From an uncultured Flavobacteriales bacterium (lineage in GTDB: Bacteria > Bacteroidota > Bacteroidia > Flavobacteriales > Flavobacteriaceae): DNA of 64,000 nt. The translations under genes and the position numbers were made by a program. How positions within the stretch are numbered: position 1 is the first letter of the stretch; every line of letters begins with the position of its first letter. Location of the stretch: positions 11,276-75,275 of the forward strand of contig CAXBJF010000011.1 in the NCBI GenBank assembly GCA_963976005.1. Direction: 5' to 3'. The notes below the pieces were generated by a model. It did no database searches, was not told the DNA's origin, and saw nothing but the letters and a program-made list of their open reading frames with translations. Shown here piece after piece: positions 45,941 to 57,315 of this stretch.

Positions 45941-48820
45941 CTATTTTAAGTCAAAACTTAATCTGGCAAATAAGAAACGACCACCAATTCCAAATTGTTG
46001 CGCTCTTCTTGACCAATCAAAACGACCACCACTTCTGTTGCCAAAGGCAGCATCAGCTCTGTCTGGATAAATATCTAACAAGTTGTTTGCTCCAACAGTA
46101 ATGGTAGTGCTTTCGGCTACTTTATAACCAAAAGATAAATCGGTCACGATTTTAGAACCAAAAACCTGTTGGTTAGCTATGGTATTTGTTGCTTCTGTAA
46201 CTTTCCCAAACCAAACATTTCTAAAGAATACATTGAATTTACCGGTTGTTAAACTATTTGTTAAGTTAACTTTAGATCGAGGGACAGCTTCTTCCAAATA
46301 CACCCTGCTGTCTTCAGGAAAATAAGTTCCTACCAAACCTGCATTTTCTAATACTTCGGATGCTTTTATAGCTCCAACTTTTCTAGTTTGAGAAAATGTT
46401 CCTGATAAATCATTTTTTAATTTTGCAGAGCTTCCTATTCTAACATCTTGGGTAATCACAATATCCAACCCTTTTGATTCTGTATCAATGGCATTTGCGA
46501 AAAATGAAGCTGCAGAAGCATTGGCTTGTGATAATAAATTATCCAATTCAGTACCTGTTCCTGGGCCTTCAAATTGTCCAGTATAAACAACTCTATCATC
46601 AATTCCTACCCAATAGCCATCAACCGTTAAAGTTAAATGTGCTGCAGGCATTTTAGTTGTAAACCCTACACTGATACTTCTAGAGGTTTCTTCTTTTAAT
46701 TTTGGGATGCCCAATAATTTAGCCGCTCTACTATCATTGGCAAAGGTTCCTACTTCTTGAGGGTTTCCAGCTTGATCAAATATTGTTGAGGTTGAGTTAA
46801 AATTTAATTGGTGCAGGGAAGGTGCCCTAAACCCCGTGTTAAATGCGGCTCTAAAATTAGTATTGTCACTAGCTTTAATCCTGGTGGCTAATTTAAAGTT
46901 AAGTGTAGAGCCAAAATCTGAATAATCTTCATATCGGGCAGCAAAGCTTAACAAAAAGCTTTCGGTAATATCCGATTCTATATCTAAATACCCAGCAATA
47001 CTACTTCTGTTTCTTGATAGTTCATTGTTTGGGCCAAAGCCAGGAAAAACTTGGGAGCCTCCAGGCCTATTATTGTCAAAGAAATCCAATGATGGGACTT
47101 GAGAAGCCAAAGTAATGGCCTGACCGTCGGCCGTGTATTGTGCATAAGATGCCTGTTCACCAGCCACAATATCATAGGTCTCTACTCGATATTCAGAACC
47201 AAAAGCAACGTTTGTGCCTGCAAAAATATCATCATAAAATTTGCTGATATCTAAATTAGTGGTATTCTGGGCAAATGAAAACCCGCCAGCATCAAAAAAT
47301 GTTGGCGATGCATTCTGCATAGACGCATTAAAGCTATTGCCTATGGTATAAAAGAACTCATTTCTTCCAAAGGTATTGCTAAAATCGACATCCCAATCAT
47401 TTATTTTACCTTTAATGCCTACGGCAAGTGATTTGTCCCTAATATCAGAATTGATTTCCGGCAAGAATCCATTCATATAAGCCGGTGTATAGGTTCTCTC
47501 TTGATTAGGCAATCTGTAAAAACCAGCAGCATTTCCTTGTCTCGAACTTATTCCTGCAAATGAATACAATTCGGTACCTTGATCATCTAATGGCAATGAA
47601 AAGTTTGCAAAGAAACGGCCACCACGTAATGCAGATTGACCAACACGCATGTTAAAATCGCTTGCAACCAATCCACGTGCTGCCAATTCAGCAGCTGTAT
47701 TATCAGCTCCTAAAACACCCTGTAAGTCTGCTTTGGTAGAAGCTCCGTTCAATGCAATTCCTGCTTCATTGGCATATTGAATAACATCTGAAACATCATC
47801 ATCCAATAATTTAGATAAATCATAACCATCATTATTGGCAAATCGTTCTACAGTATTATATAAGTTAAAAATATCTCCTTCCCATGCTTTCATTCTGTTG
47901 TAATCTTCCCTCACATCAAAATCACCCGTAAAATTAATGAATCCACCTTTTTCTCCCAATGATAAACCATAATTGGCACTCACATTGGTGGTTCCACCAT
48001 CAACGCCACCTGTTTGGTCGTTTGCGTTTTTTGTAAAATTTGCTCCAGTTGTAATGTTTAAATTTAATTCATTGGTGCTTCTTTTAAGTACAATATTAAT
48101 AACACCAGCAATGGCGTCAGAACCATATTGTGCGGCTGCACCATCACGTAACACTTCAATACGTTGTATAGCTGCTGCTGGAATAGCATTTAAATCAGTT
48201 CCAACACTACCACGCCCAAAAGTTCCATTTACATTTACTAAAGATGAATTGTGTCTTCTTTTCCCATTGATTAAAACCAATACCTGATCTGGGCCTAAGC
48301 CTCTTAAAGATGCAGGGTCAATATGGTCAGTACCATCAGAAATGGTTTGTGTGTTTGATGTAAATGATGGTGCCACATAATTTAAAATTTGATTTAAATT
48401 TACCTGTGGCCCTGCGGTCAACAACTCGGTTACATCAATAACATCAACAGGTACCGCGGTGTCTGTTGCTGAACGGTTTGGGTTTCTTGTTCCAATAAGC
48501 ACGACCTCGTTTAAAGCAACACCTTCATCAAGAGAAACCAAAATATTTCCTGCTTTTGAAACTACAACTTCTTGTGTATTATATCCAACAGAGGACACAA
48601 CAATTGTAACTGGAAAACCAGTTATGTTTAATTTGAAATTACCATCAAAATCGGTAGTGGTACCGTTGGTAGTTCCTTTAATAATAACGTTCGCGCCTGG
48701 TAAAGGCTCATTTGTGTTTGCTATTGAAACTGTTCCTGTTAGGTTTCCTTGAGCCATAATAGCTAAAGGAAATAACATGATCAGCTACAAGTAAAACTTA
48801 GAAAGTAAAAAATTTTTCAT
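45941..48820 (-). CDS. TonB-dependent receptor, paralog of the neighbour; probable true start 48820 with an in-frame TAG at 48785-48787 (possible pseudogene)
   Basis: Plug 'LRGLGPDQVLVLINGKRRH...RIEVLRDGAAAQYGSDAIAGVIN'; upstream in-frame MKNFLLSKFYL*LI joins MLFPLAIMA-Q. Confidence 0.88.
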
Positions 48821-49110
48821 ATATGTTTTGGATTAATTATTAGACATGCAATATAAACTTTTAAAGTCAAAACTCCTCTCTAAAGTCAAAATTATTGCAC
48901 ACGCATAGTGTTTTTTAACAGTAAATATGTTAAAATTCTGAAGTTTATTTAATGATTTATTAAAAATAATGTAGCTATCTTACATATTTACAATAAAAAC
49001 TAAATTTATTCATAAAGATTCTGATTGTAACCTAGTTAGTACTCAAAAAAAACAATAAAAAATTTGTACTCCATTGTAAATCCGTAAATTTGCACTTCAA
49101 TTTTCTAAAT

Positions 49111-50859
49111 ATGTATCGAAGTCATAATTGCGGTGAATTAACCGCTGCAAATATTAATGAACAAGTAACGCTTGCAGGTTGGGTTCAAAAAACGCGTGAC
49201 AAAGGGTTTATGTTATGGTTAGATATCCGAGACAGGTACGGCATCACCCAACTTATTTTTGATGAAGAACGCACCTCAAAAACAATTATAAATCAAGCAA
49301 AAACACTTGGTAGGGAATTTGTGATTCAAGTAAAAGGAACCGTGATTGAGCGTACTTCAAAAAATCCCAATCTTGCAACAGGTGCTATTGAAATTTTAGT
49401 TTCAGAATTAACCATTTTAAATAAAGCATTGTTGCCTCCTTTTACCATTGAAGACGACACGGATGGTGGAGAAGAATTGCGAATGAAATATCGTTATTTA
49501 GACATTCGCCGTAACCCAGTAAAAAACAGTTTGATTTTTAGACATAAAGTAGCACAAGCAGTAAGGAATTATTTGTCAAATGAAGGGTTTATAGAAGTTG
49601 AAACGCCTTACTTAATTAAGTCAACCCCGGAAGGTGCCAGGGATTTTGTGGTTCCTAGCAGAATGAACGAAGGTCAATTTTATGCCCTTCCGCAATCACC
49701 TCAAACCTTTAAGCAATTGCTTATGGTTGGCGGCATGGATAAATACTTCCAAATTGTAAAATGCTTTAGAGATGAAGATTTACGCGCTGACAGACAACCT
49801 GAATTTACTCAGATAGACTGCGAAATGGCGTTTGTGGAACAAGAAGATATTTTAAATGCATTTGAAGGGTTAACACGTCATCTTTTAAAAGAAATTAACG
49901 GAATTGAGATAGAAAAATTCCCTAGAATGCTGTATGATGATGCCATGCGATTATATGGTAATGATAAGCCAGATATACGTTTTGGAATGCAATTTGGTGA
50001 GCTTAATGAGGTTGCAAAACATAAAGATTTTGACCTTTTTAACAGTGCTGAATTAGTTGTTGGTTTTGCTGTTCCCGGAGGAAATAATTTCACCAGAAAA
50101 GAAATAGACCAATTAATTGATTGGTTAAAGCGCCCTCAAATTGGAGCCCAAGGCATGGTTTATTGCCGTTGCAATGACGATGGTACTTTTAAATCATCTG
50201 TAGATAAATTTTATAACGAAACAGACTTAGCTAAATGGGCTGAAATTACTGGAGCCAAAGCTGGAGATTTAATTTGTGTTCTTTCCGGTGACACCAATAA
50301 AGTGCGTGCACAATTAAGCGCTTTAAGAATGGAACTTGCAACACGATTGGGTTTGCGAAACCCTAAAGAATTTGCACCACTTTGGGTGATTGATTTTCCG
50401 CTGTTGGAATGGGATGAAGACACCAAACGATATCATGCCATGCACCACCCTTTTACATCACCAAAACCTGGCCAGCTGGAATTATTATCTACAAATCCCG
50501 GAGATGTAAAAGCCAATGCTTATGACTTGGTGCTTAACGGGAATGAAATTGGTGGTGGTTCTATTAGAATTCACGATAAAAAAACTCAAGCATTGATGTT
50601 TGATTATTTAGGCTTCACTCCAGAACAAGCTAAGGCTCAATTTGGATTCTTAATGGATGCTTTCCAATATGGTGCGCCCCCTCATGGTGGATTAGCCTTT
50701 GGTTTAGATAGATTAGTAGCTATATTAGCTGGACAAGAAATAATTAGGGATTTTATAGCGTTTCCAAAAAACAATTCTGGGCGTGATGTCATGATAGATG
50801 CCCCAGCACCCATTGATGATGCCCAATTAAAAGAGCTTCATTTGAAAATAAACTTATAG
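49111..50859 (+). CDS. aspS: Aspartate--tRNA ligase
   Basis: 'YRSHNCGEL', '[11 protein letters not shown]', '[16 protein letters not shown]', 'GAPPHGG.AFGLDR'; TAAATTTG -7 at 49085-92. Confidence 0.98.
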   Translation: MYRSHNCGELTAANINEQVTLAGWVQKTRDKGFMLWLDIRDRYGITQLIFDEERTSKTIINQAKTLGREFVIQVKGTVIERTSKNPNLATGAIEILVSELTILNKALLPPFTIEDDTDGGEELRMKYRYLDIRRNPVKNSLIFRHKVAQAVRNYLSNEGFIEVETPYLIKSTPEGARDFVVPSRMNEGQFYALPQSPQTFKQLLMVGGMDKYFQIVKCFRDEDLRADRQPEFTQIDCEMAFVEQEDILNAFEGLTRHLLKEINGIEIEKFPRMLYDDAMRLYGNDKPDIRFGMQFGELNEVAKHKDFDLFNSAELVVGFAVPGGNNFTRKEIDQLIDWLKRPQIGAQGMVYCRCNDDGTFKSSVDKFYNETDLAKWAEITGAKAGDLICVLSGDTNKVRAQLSALRMELATRLGLRNPKEFAPLWVIDFPLLEWDEDTKRYHAMHHPFTSPKPGQLELLSTNPGDVKANAYDLVLNGNEIGGGSIRIHDKKTQALMFDYLGFTPEQAKAQFGFLMDAFQYGAPPHGGLAFGLDRLVAILAGQEIIRDFIAFPKNNSGRDVMIDAPAPIDDAQLKELHLKINL

Positions 50860-50869
50860 CTTTTTCAAG

Positions 50870-52636
50870 ATGCCACCAAAAGTTCCTAAAAAATTAAGCC
50901 AATTAGCTGCAACGGCCATTTGTGGAAATGATATAAGTTCTTCTGTTTTATATGTTTCTGCTTTAGCCATTGCTTTTGCTGGTCAATATGCGTGGATAAC
51001 CCTATTAATAGTGTCTGTAGTATTATTTTTATTCAGAAGCATTTATGGGGAAGTGGTTGGTGCATTACCTTTAAATGGGGGCGCCTATAATGCTCTGTTA
51101 AACACCACAAGTAAGTTAATGGCTTCTTTTGCAGCCACATTAACGCTTCTATCTTATATGGCTACGGCCGTAATTTCAGGTAATGAAGCCATTCATTATT
51201 TACATCATTTAATTCCATCAATGCCAATTATTTTGGCAACTGTTGGGTTATTGGCAATTTTTGCTATTCTTACCATTGGTGGTATAACAGAATCTGCTAA
51301 AGTTGCCATTGGTATTTTTATTTTTCATTTAACATCTTTGGTTATTTTAAGTGGTTTTATTGTTTTTTATTTGAACAAAAATGGGATTGGGCTCTTTTTT
51401 GAAAACTGGAATTTTACAGGAAATGGAGGCAGTATTACCAACGCTATCTTTTTTGGTTTTGCCGCCTCTATGTTAGGCGTATCAGGATTTGAAAGTTCCG
51501 CAAATTTTGTTGAGGAACAAGAAAAAGGAGTATTCCCTAAAACATTAAGAAACATGTGGTCCATTGTAAGTGTAATCAATCCCTTAATGGCCATATTTGC
51601 ATTGGCTTTATTTACTATTCCAGTTTTACAAAGCAATGAATATCAAAACACATTATTGGTGGAGATGGGTAAACATGTTGGTGGTACCTGGGTTGCAACT
51701 TTAATATCTATTGATGCATTTTTAGTGTTAAGTGGTGCTGTATTAACCAGTTTTGTTGGGGTTTCTGGATTGCTTGAACGAATGACTTTAGATAGAATTT
51801 TACCTCAATTTTTCTTAAAGAAAAATAAAAGAGGAAGTTCATACAGAATTATATTAATGTTTTTCATTTTATCAGTTTCTGTATTGCTTATAACCAAAGG
51901 AAATGTGAAATTACTAGCTGGTGTTTATTCTATTTCTTTTTTATCAGTGATGGTTTTATTTGGGGTAGGCAATATTTTATTAAAAGTAAGAAGAGGTAAA
52001 TTACCGAGACCTGAAAAAGCAACATGGTTAGCTGTTATTATTGCCATTGGCGCTGTAGGAATAGCACTTTACGGAAACATCATAATGGAGACAAAAGGTG
52101 ATTTACCAAGTAATTTTGGCATTTTTCTTGATTATTTTATTCCTGCCATCATTTTTATTGTTTTTATGTTAAACAGAACTGTCCTGTTGGCATTTTTATT
52201 AAATGTTATACATTCCGTTTTTGATCCGATTCGTAGTTTGGTTTTGCAAACAGATAAAAAAATTCTTTCAACCATTCACAGGATAAATTCCCAGGAATTT
52301 GTATTTTTCACAAAAGGGGATAACATTGCAACTCTCAATAAAGTGATGCTTTACATTACTAAAAATGAGCATACCAAGAAGCTTAAAATTGTGTTAGCTT
52401 TAGATAAAAATGATGTTGTACCAAAAAACTTGGCTCAGGAAATTGATTTCTTGGACAGGGAATACCCCGAAGTGAACATCGAATTTATTATTGAAAAAGG
52501 AAAATTTAGCCCAGAATTAATTAGAACCTTATCAAAAAAATGGGGTATTCCAATAAACTTTATGTTTATTGGCTCCCCTAGTGATAAATTTCCTTATAGG
52601 GTTCAGGATTTGGGTGGCGTAAGGTTAATTATTTAA
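50870..52636 (+). CDS. APC-superfamily permease with a cytoplasmic C-terminal domain
   Basis: TM1 'AICGNDISSSVLY', TM6 'GVSGFESSAN'; about 12 TM plus a soluble tail. Confidence 0.8.
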   Translation: MPPKVPKKLSQLAATAICGNDISSSVLYVSALAIAFAGQYAWITLLIVSVVLFLFRSIYGEVVGALPLNGGAYNALLNTTSKLMASFAATLTLLSYMATAVISGNEAIHYLHHLIPSMPIILATVGLLAIFAILTIGGITESAKVAIGIFIFHLTSLVILSGFIVFYLNKNGIGLFFENWNFTGNGGSITNAIFFGFAASMLGVSGFESSANFVEEQEKGVFPKTLRNMWSIVSVINPLMAIFALALFTIPVLQSNEYQNTLLVEMGKHVGGTWVATLISIDAFLVLSGAVLTSFVGVSGLLERMTLDRILPQFFLKKNKRGSSYRIILMFFILSVSVLLITKGNVKLLAGVYSISFLSVMVLFGVGNILLKVRRGKLPRPEKATWLAVIIAIGAVGIALYGNIIMETKGDLPSNFGIFLDYFIPAIIFIVFMLNRTVLLAFLLNVIHSVFDPIRSLVLQTDKKILSTIHRINSQEFVFFTKGDNIATLNKVMLYITKNEHTKKLKIVLALDKNDVVPKNLAQEIDFLDREYPEVNIEFIIEKGKFSPELIRTLSKKWGIPINFMFIGSPSDKFPYRVQDLGGVRLII

Positions 52637-52644
52637 AATAATAA

Positions 52645-54432
52645 ATGAATCAATCTAAAATTTTATTTACCAAATTTTTAAAATGGCGATATAAAAATAT
52701 CTCCAACAAACAATTTACCAATATAGCCAGTGCTGTTATTGGTCTGTTAGCAGGACTTGGAGCTGTGGTATTAAAAAACTTAGTACACTTCATTAAGGAA
52801 ATACTTGAAGGTGAATTTATAAAAGAAATCCATAGTGCCTTTTATTTTATTTTTCCAATTATTGGCTTATTATTAGTACTGATCATTATTAAATACATCA
52901 TAAGAAAAAATGTTGGTCATGGAATTCCTTCAACATTATATGCTATTTCAAAGCTAAAAGGGATTATGCCTAGCCATCAAATGTGGGCCTCAGTAATAAC
53001 AGCACCTATAACCGTTGGTTTTGGCGGGTCTGTAGGGCTTGAAGGGCCAACAGTTGCTACAGGTGCTGCTTTGGGCTCAAATTTTGCGCGTTTGTTTCAT
53101 TTAAACCAAACTACAAGAACATTACTTATTGGCGCAGCAGCAGCAGGTGCCATGTCTTCCATTTTTAAAGCACCCATTGCGGCCATTGTATTTGCAGTTG
53201 AAATTTTTAGCTTAGAACTAACCTTGGCTTCCATGATACCATTATTATTGGCATCAATTACAGCTGTTTTAACTTCTTATTTCTTTTTAGGTGATGAAAT
53301 TTTACTCCATTTTCAAATACAAGACAAATTTTCATTAAAAGATGTTCTGTTTTATATTCTTCTGGGAATTTCATCAGCAGGCGCATCCATATATTTTAGC
53401 AAAGTGTATTTTGGAATTGGAGATTTTTTTAAACGTTTTTCAAATCCATATCAACGCTTAATAATTGGCGGCGTGTTACTAGGGATCATCGTTTATTTCA
53501 TTCCGCCTCTTTTTGGAGAAGGTTATGATACTATTAATAACATTTTAAAAGGAAGCATTGATGAAGTTTTAACAAACAACATATTTCATTCTGTAATTGA
53601 AGATATATGGGTTATTATCGCACTTCTTGTTGGTTTAATTTTATTTAAAATAGTTGCTACATCCCTAACTTTTGGGGCTGGCGGCATTGGTGGTGTATTT
53701 GCACCTACCCTTTTTACTGGAAGCATAACCGGATATGTTTTTGCATTGATCATTAATTATAGTCATATTTTCAATCATAAATTATCATCAACCAATTTTG
53801 CTATGGTTGGAATGGCTGGTTTAATGGCCGGCGTGTTACAGGCTCCTTTAACAGCTATCTTCTTAATAGCTGAAATTACTGGCGGTTATGAGCTTTTCGT
53901 TCCCCTCATGATTGTGGCATCCATCTCCTTTTTAATTACTAAACGATTTATTCCTCACAACATCTACGCCCATGAACTGGCAAAAAAAGGAGAACTGATC
54001 ACACATGATAAAGACAAAAATGTGTTGATGATGCTGGACATCGATAAATTAATAGAAACCAATTTTATATTATTATATCCAGAAATGACCTTAGGTGATG
54101 TGGTAAAGAATGCCGTGGCAAAATCACCTCGAAATCATTTCCCTGTAGTAAGTGAAGAAAATGATTTTTTAGGGATTCTTACCATTAATGATATCAGGGG
54201 TATTATGTTTAATACAGAAATGTATGATACCATTACCGTAGAGTCTTTAATGCATGAAGGTTTAGATACAATTTATTATGAAAAAGATTCTGTAGAAGAA
54301 ATTCTGAACAAATTCAAAAGAACTGGGGCATGGAACTTGGTCGTTTTAAAAAACAATAAGTATTCTGGTTTTATTTCTAAATCCAGGTTGCTAACGGCAT
54401 ACCGGCAACAGCTAATTAATTTTACTAAATAA
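52645..54432 (+). CDS. ClC family chloride channel/antiporter with CBS pair
   Basis: 'GHGIP', 'GLEGPT' and 'GVFAP' motifs; C-terminal CBS domains. Confidence 0.93.
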   Translation: MNQSKILFTKFLKWRYKNISNKQFTNIASAVIGLLAGLGAVVLKNLVHFIKEILEGEFIKEIHSAFYFIFPIIGLLLVLIIIKYIIRKNVGHGIPSTLYAISKLKGIMPSHQMWASVITAPITVGFGGSVGLEGPTVATGAALGSNFARLFHLNQTTRTLLIGAAAAGAMSSIFKAPIAAIVFAVEIFSLELTLASMIPLLLASITAVLTSYFFLGDEILLHFQIQDKFSLKDVLFYILLGISSAGASIYFSKVYFGIGDFFKRFSNPYQRLIIGGVLLGIIVYFIPPLFGEGYDTINNILKGSIDEVLTNNIFHSVIEDIWVIIALLVGLILFKIVATSLTFGAGGIGGVFAPTLFTGSITGYVFALIINYSHIFNHKLSSTNFAMVGMAGLMAGVLQAPLTAIFLIAEITGGYELFVPLMIVASISFLITKRFIPHNIYAHELAKKGELITHDKDKNVLMMLDIDKLIETNFILLYPEMTLGDVVKNAVAKSPRNHFPVVSEENDFLGILTINDIRGIMFNTEMYDTITVESLMHEGLDTIYYEKDSVEEILNKFKRTGAWNLVVLKNNKYSGFISKSRLLTAYRQQLINFTK

Positions 54433-54442
54433 ACCCTCTAAA

Positions 54443-54682
54443 ATGAAATACATCATTATCTTTTTGTTTTTAGTATCGTTCGGTAGCATTTTAGCAGGAT
54501 ATTTAATGGATTTAGACTGTTCAGAAAAACTGATTGGATTTGGTGTTTCTGGCTTATTTTTTATCGTTTTTCCATTATTCTCCTACTACAGATGGAAGGA
54601 TAAAGATGTTAAAGATTATATCCTTACCAAAGAAAATTTAGATAAAATGCGTGAGCGCGAAGGGGATACAAGACAAAAATAA
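54443..54682 (+). CDS. Small 2-TM hypothetical protein
   Basis: 79 aa, two hydrophobic helices and a charged tail; packed behind the ClC gene. Confidence 0.65.
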   Translation: MKYIIIFLFLVSFGSILAGYLMDLDCSEKLIGFGVSGLFFIVFPLFSYYRWKDKDVKDYILTKENLDKMREREGDTRQK

Positions 54683-54688
54683 TTTTTT

Positions 54689-54754
54689 GGGCGTTTTCTT
54701 TCAGGTTGTGCTTTCCGCGTTACATGCCAACCTGCTGTAATAGCTAACGCAAAT
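54689..54754. repeat. Family E repeat, short form, between convergent stops
   Basis: GGGCGTT..GGTTGTGCTTTCCGCGTTACA..CTGTAATAGCTAACGCAAAT. Confidence 0.6.
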
Positions 54755-55203
54755 TAATTCAAATTCCGTTTTTGTATAAAAAATCGTTTTAAAAGTTCAG
54801 CCGCTTCAACCTCCATGATACCTCCTTTTATAACTGTTTTAGGGTGCAGTTTCGTTTTTAAGTTTATACAACCCCGCTCCATATCCCTGGTGCCATAAAC
54901 AATGTTTGAAATCTGACTCCAATACAAGGCTCCGGCACACATTTGGCAAGGTTCTAACGTTACATATAAGGTGCAATTTTGCAGATATTTGCCTCCTAAA
55001 AAATTGGCGGCAGCAGTAATAGCCTGCATTTCTGCATGTGCCGTTACATCATTCAAGGTTTCTGTTAAATTATGTCCCTTTGCTATAATCCGGTTTTCAA
55101 TTACAATAACAGCTCCCACAGGAATTTCACCTTTTTCAAAAGCTATCTCAGCTTCTAAAAGCGCCTTTTTCATAAAATAGGTATCATCAAACGGGTCTAA
55201 CAT
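54754..55203 (-). CDS. tadA: tRNA adenosine deaminase / nucleoside deaminase
   Basis: 'EIPVGAV', 'HAE' and 'LEPCQMC'. Confidence 0.88.
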   Translation of the reverse strand: MLDPFDDTYFMKKALLEAEIAFEKGEIPVGAVIVIENRIIAKGHNLTETLNDVTAHAEMQAITAAANFLGGKYLQNCTLYVTLEPCQMCAGALYWSQISNIVYGTRDMERGCINLKTKLHPKTVIKGGIMEVEAAELLKRFFIQKRNLN

Positions 55204-55370
55204 AAAAATTAAGTGAATAAAATAACAATGGAACGTTAACTATGTTTTCAAAAATACAATTTCATCTGTTAATATGTATTCTTTTTTTAGTTAGATGTCA
55301 TGCTACATAATTTATTTTAGACCTATTAAATTTATTACTTTGGCATTTCAAATAGTACATTTGTGTCCTC

Positions 55371-57137
55371 ATGACTAAAATTTTAAACAATATTAATTCC
55401 CCAAAAGATTTACGCCATCTTACTCAAGATGAATTACCTCAACTTGCCCAAGAATTACGTGAATTTATCATCAATATTGTTGCTGCCAAAGAAGGTCATT
55501 TAGGAGCAAGTCTAGGTGTGGTGGAATTAACCATTGCACTTCATTATGTGTTTAATACGCCTCATGACCAACTCATTTGGGATGTAGGCCACCAAGCTTA
55601 CGGGCATAAAATTTTAACTGGCAGACGTGATGATTTTCACACTAACAGACAACTTGGAGGACTCAGTGGTTTTCCTAAGCGTGAAGAAAGTATTTATGAT
55701 ACTTTTGGCGTTGGGCATGCTTCAACTTCTATTTCTGCAGCTTTAGGGATGGCATTGGCTTCCCAACTAAAAAGCGATGAAGAAAAACAACATATTGCAG
55801 TTATTGGAGATGCATCCATTGCCGGCGGAATGGCTTTTGAAGGCTTGAATCATGCAGGCGTTACCAATGCTAATTTACTGGTTATTTTAAATGATAACGC
55901 CATTGGTATTGACCCAAGTATTGGTGCCTTAAAACAATATTTAACCCATGTAAAAAAAGGAACACCACAACAAGATAATATTTTTGAAGCTTTAAATTTT
56001 GATTATTCCGGACCCATTGATGGTCATGATATTAATAAACTAATTTCAGAATTACAGCGATTAAAAACGATAAAAGGACCCAAGTTTTTACACGTTATCA
56101 CAACCAAAGGAAAAGGATTAAAACAAGCGGAAGAGGATCAAGTAAAATACCATGCACCCGGAAAATTTGACGTGCAAACGGGTAATGTTTTTACTAAATC
56201 TGATTTGATTCAACCACCTAAATATCAAGACGTTTTTGGATATACCATTGTTGAACTTGCAAAACAAAATAAAAATATTGTTGGTATTACGCCTGCTATG
56301 CCTACCGGTAGTTCATTAAAATATATGATGGATGAAATACCCGATCGCGCCTTTGATGTTGGAATTGCAGAGCAACATGCGGTAACGCTGGCCGCTGGTA
56401 TGACAACCCAAGGAATGATTCCATTTTGTAATATTTATTCAACCTTTTTACAGCGTGCCTATGACCAAGTCATTCATGATGTAGCTCTCCAAAAACTGCC
56501 TGTTGTTTTTTGTTTAGACCGTGCTGGTTTAGTTGGCGAAGATGGCGCCACACATCATGGTGTTTTTGATTTATCGTACTTAAGATGCATCCCTAATCTT
56601 ATTGTTTTTGCCCCAAGAAATGAAATGGAATTGCGTAATATTATGTATACCGCTCAACTTGGTTTACAACAACCTATCGCTATCAGATATCCCAGAGGGC
56701 GCGGTAGTAATTTAGACTGGAAACAACCATTCTCCAAAATAGACATAGGTATAGGTGTTCAACTTAAAGAAGGCAATAAATTAGCTGTTTTAAGTATTGG
56801 AACCATGGCTAATAATGCAGAAGATGCAATAAAAAGTTGCAATAAACCCGAGGAAATTGCACATTATGATATGCGTTTTGTAAAACCTTTGGATGAAAAA
56901 TTATTGCACAACATTCTAAAAAAATATGAAAGTGTAATAACTATTGAAGATGGCACTATTATAGGTGGATTTGGAAGTGCTATTCTGGAATTTGCATCAG
57001 CTAATAACTATAAAAACAACATTAAAATTTTAGGTATTCCAGATACGTTTATTGAGCACGGAAGTGTATTGGAATTGCAACAATCCATTGGTTTAGATTC
57101 TGAAAGTTTGACAAATTATTTTAATGAGTTAGTATAA
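55371..57137 (+). CDS. dxs: 1-deoxy-D-xylulose-5-phosphate synthase
   Basis: 'GHLGASLG', 'WDVGHQAY.HK', 'GDAS..GGMAFE' and 'YSTFLQRAYDQ'. Confidence 0.97.
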   Translation: MTKILNNINSPKDLRHLTQDELPQLAQELREFIINIVAAKEGHLGASLGVVELTIALHYVFNTPHDQLIWDVGHQAYGHKILTGRRDDFHTNRQLGGLSGFPKREESIYDTFGVGHASTSISAALGMALASQLKSDEEKQHIAVIGDASIAGGMAFEGLNHAGVTNANLLVILNDNAIGIDPSIGALKQYLTHVKKGTPQQDNIFEALNFDYSGPIDGHDINKLISELQRLKTIKGPKFLHVITTKGKGLKQAEEDQVKYHAPGKFDVQTGNVFTKSDLIQPPKYQDVFGYTIVELAKQNKNIVGITPAMPTGSSLKYMMDEIPDRAFDVGIAEQHAVTLAAGMTTQGMIPFCNIYSTFLQRAYDQVIHDVALQKLPVVFCLDRAGLVGEDGATHHGVFDLSYLRCIPNLIVFAPRNEMELRNIMYTAQLGLQQPIAIRYPRGRGSNLDWKQPFSKIDIGIGVQLKEGNKLAVLSIGTMANNAEDAIKSCNKPEEIAHYDMRFVKPLDEKLLHNILKKYESVITIEDGTIIGGFGSAILEFASANNYKNNIKILGIPDTFIEHGSVLELQQSIGLDSESLTNYFNELV

Positions 57138-57315
57138 ACTTGAGTTCGATTTATATCAACTTGAAATTGAATTATTTATGAATAAAAGGCAACCAGTTGT
57201 CTCCTTGACAAAAAATTAATATGCTAAAAATAAATAAGTTACATATTCAGAATTAATCAGACTCCCGTTATAAGAATCTTTTTCCAGAAGAATGATATTG
57301 TTGTTATCCGGCTAT

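Noticed and set aside
48785-48787. TAG recoding (pyrrolysine or alternative genetic code)
   Set aside because: TAG is a real stop for nosZ and aspS in this window, and no pyl genes or suppressor tRNA are present.
48821-49085. Riboswitch upstream of the TonB receptors
   Set aside because: Very AT-rich, with no recognisable cobalamin, TPP or SAM aptamer core; an Rfam/Infernal scan would settle it.
57136-57160. AAACTTGAGTTCGAT as the end of another TIR element
   Set aside because: No matching inverted partner was found before the next gene; at most a remnant.
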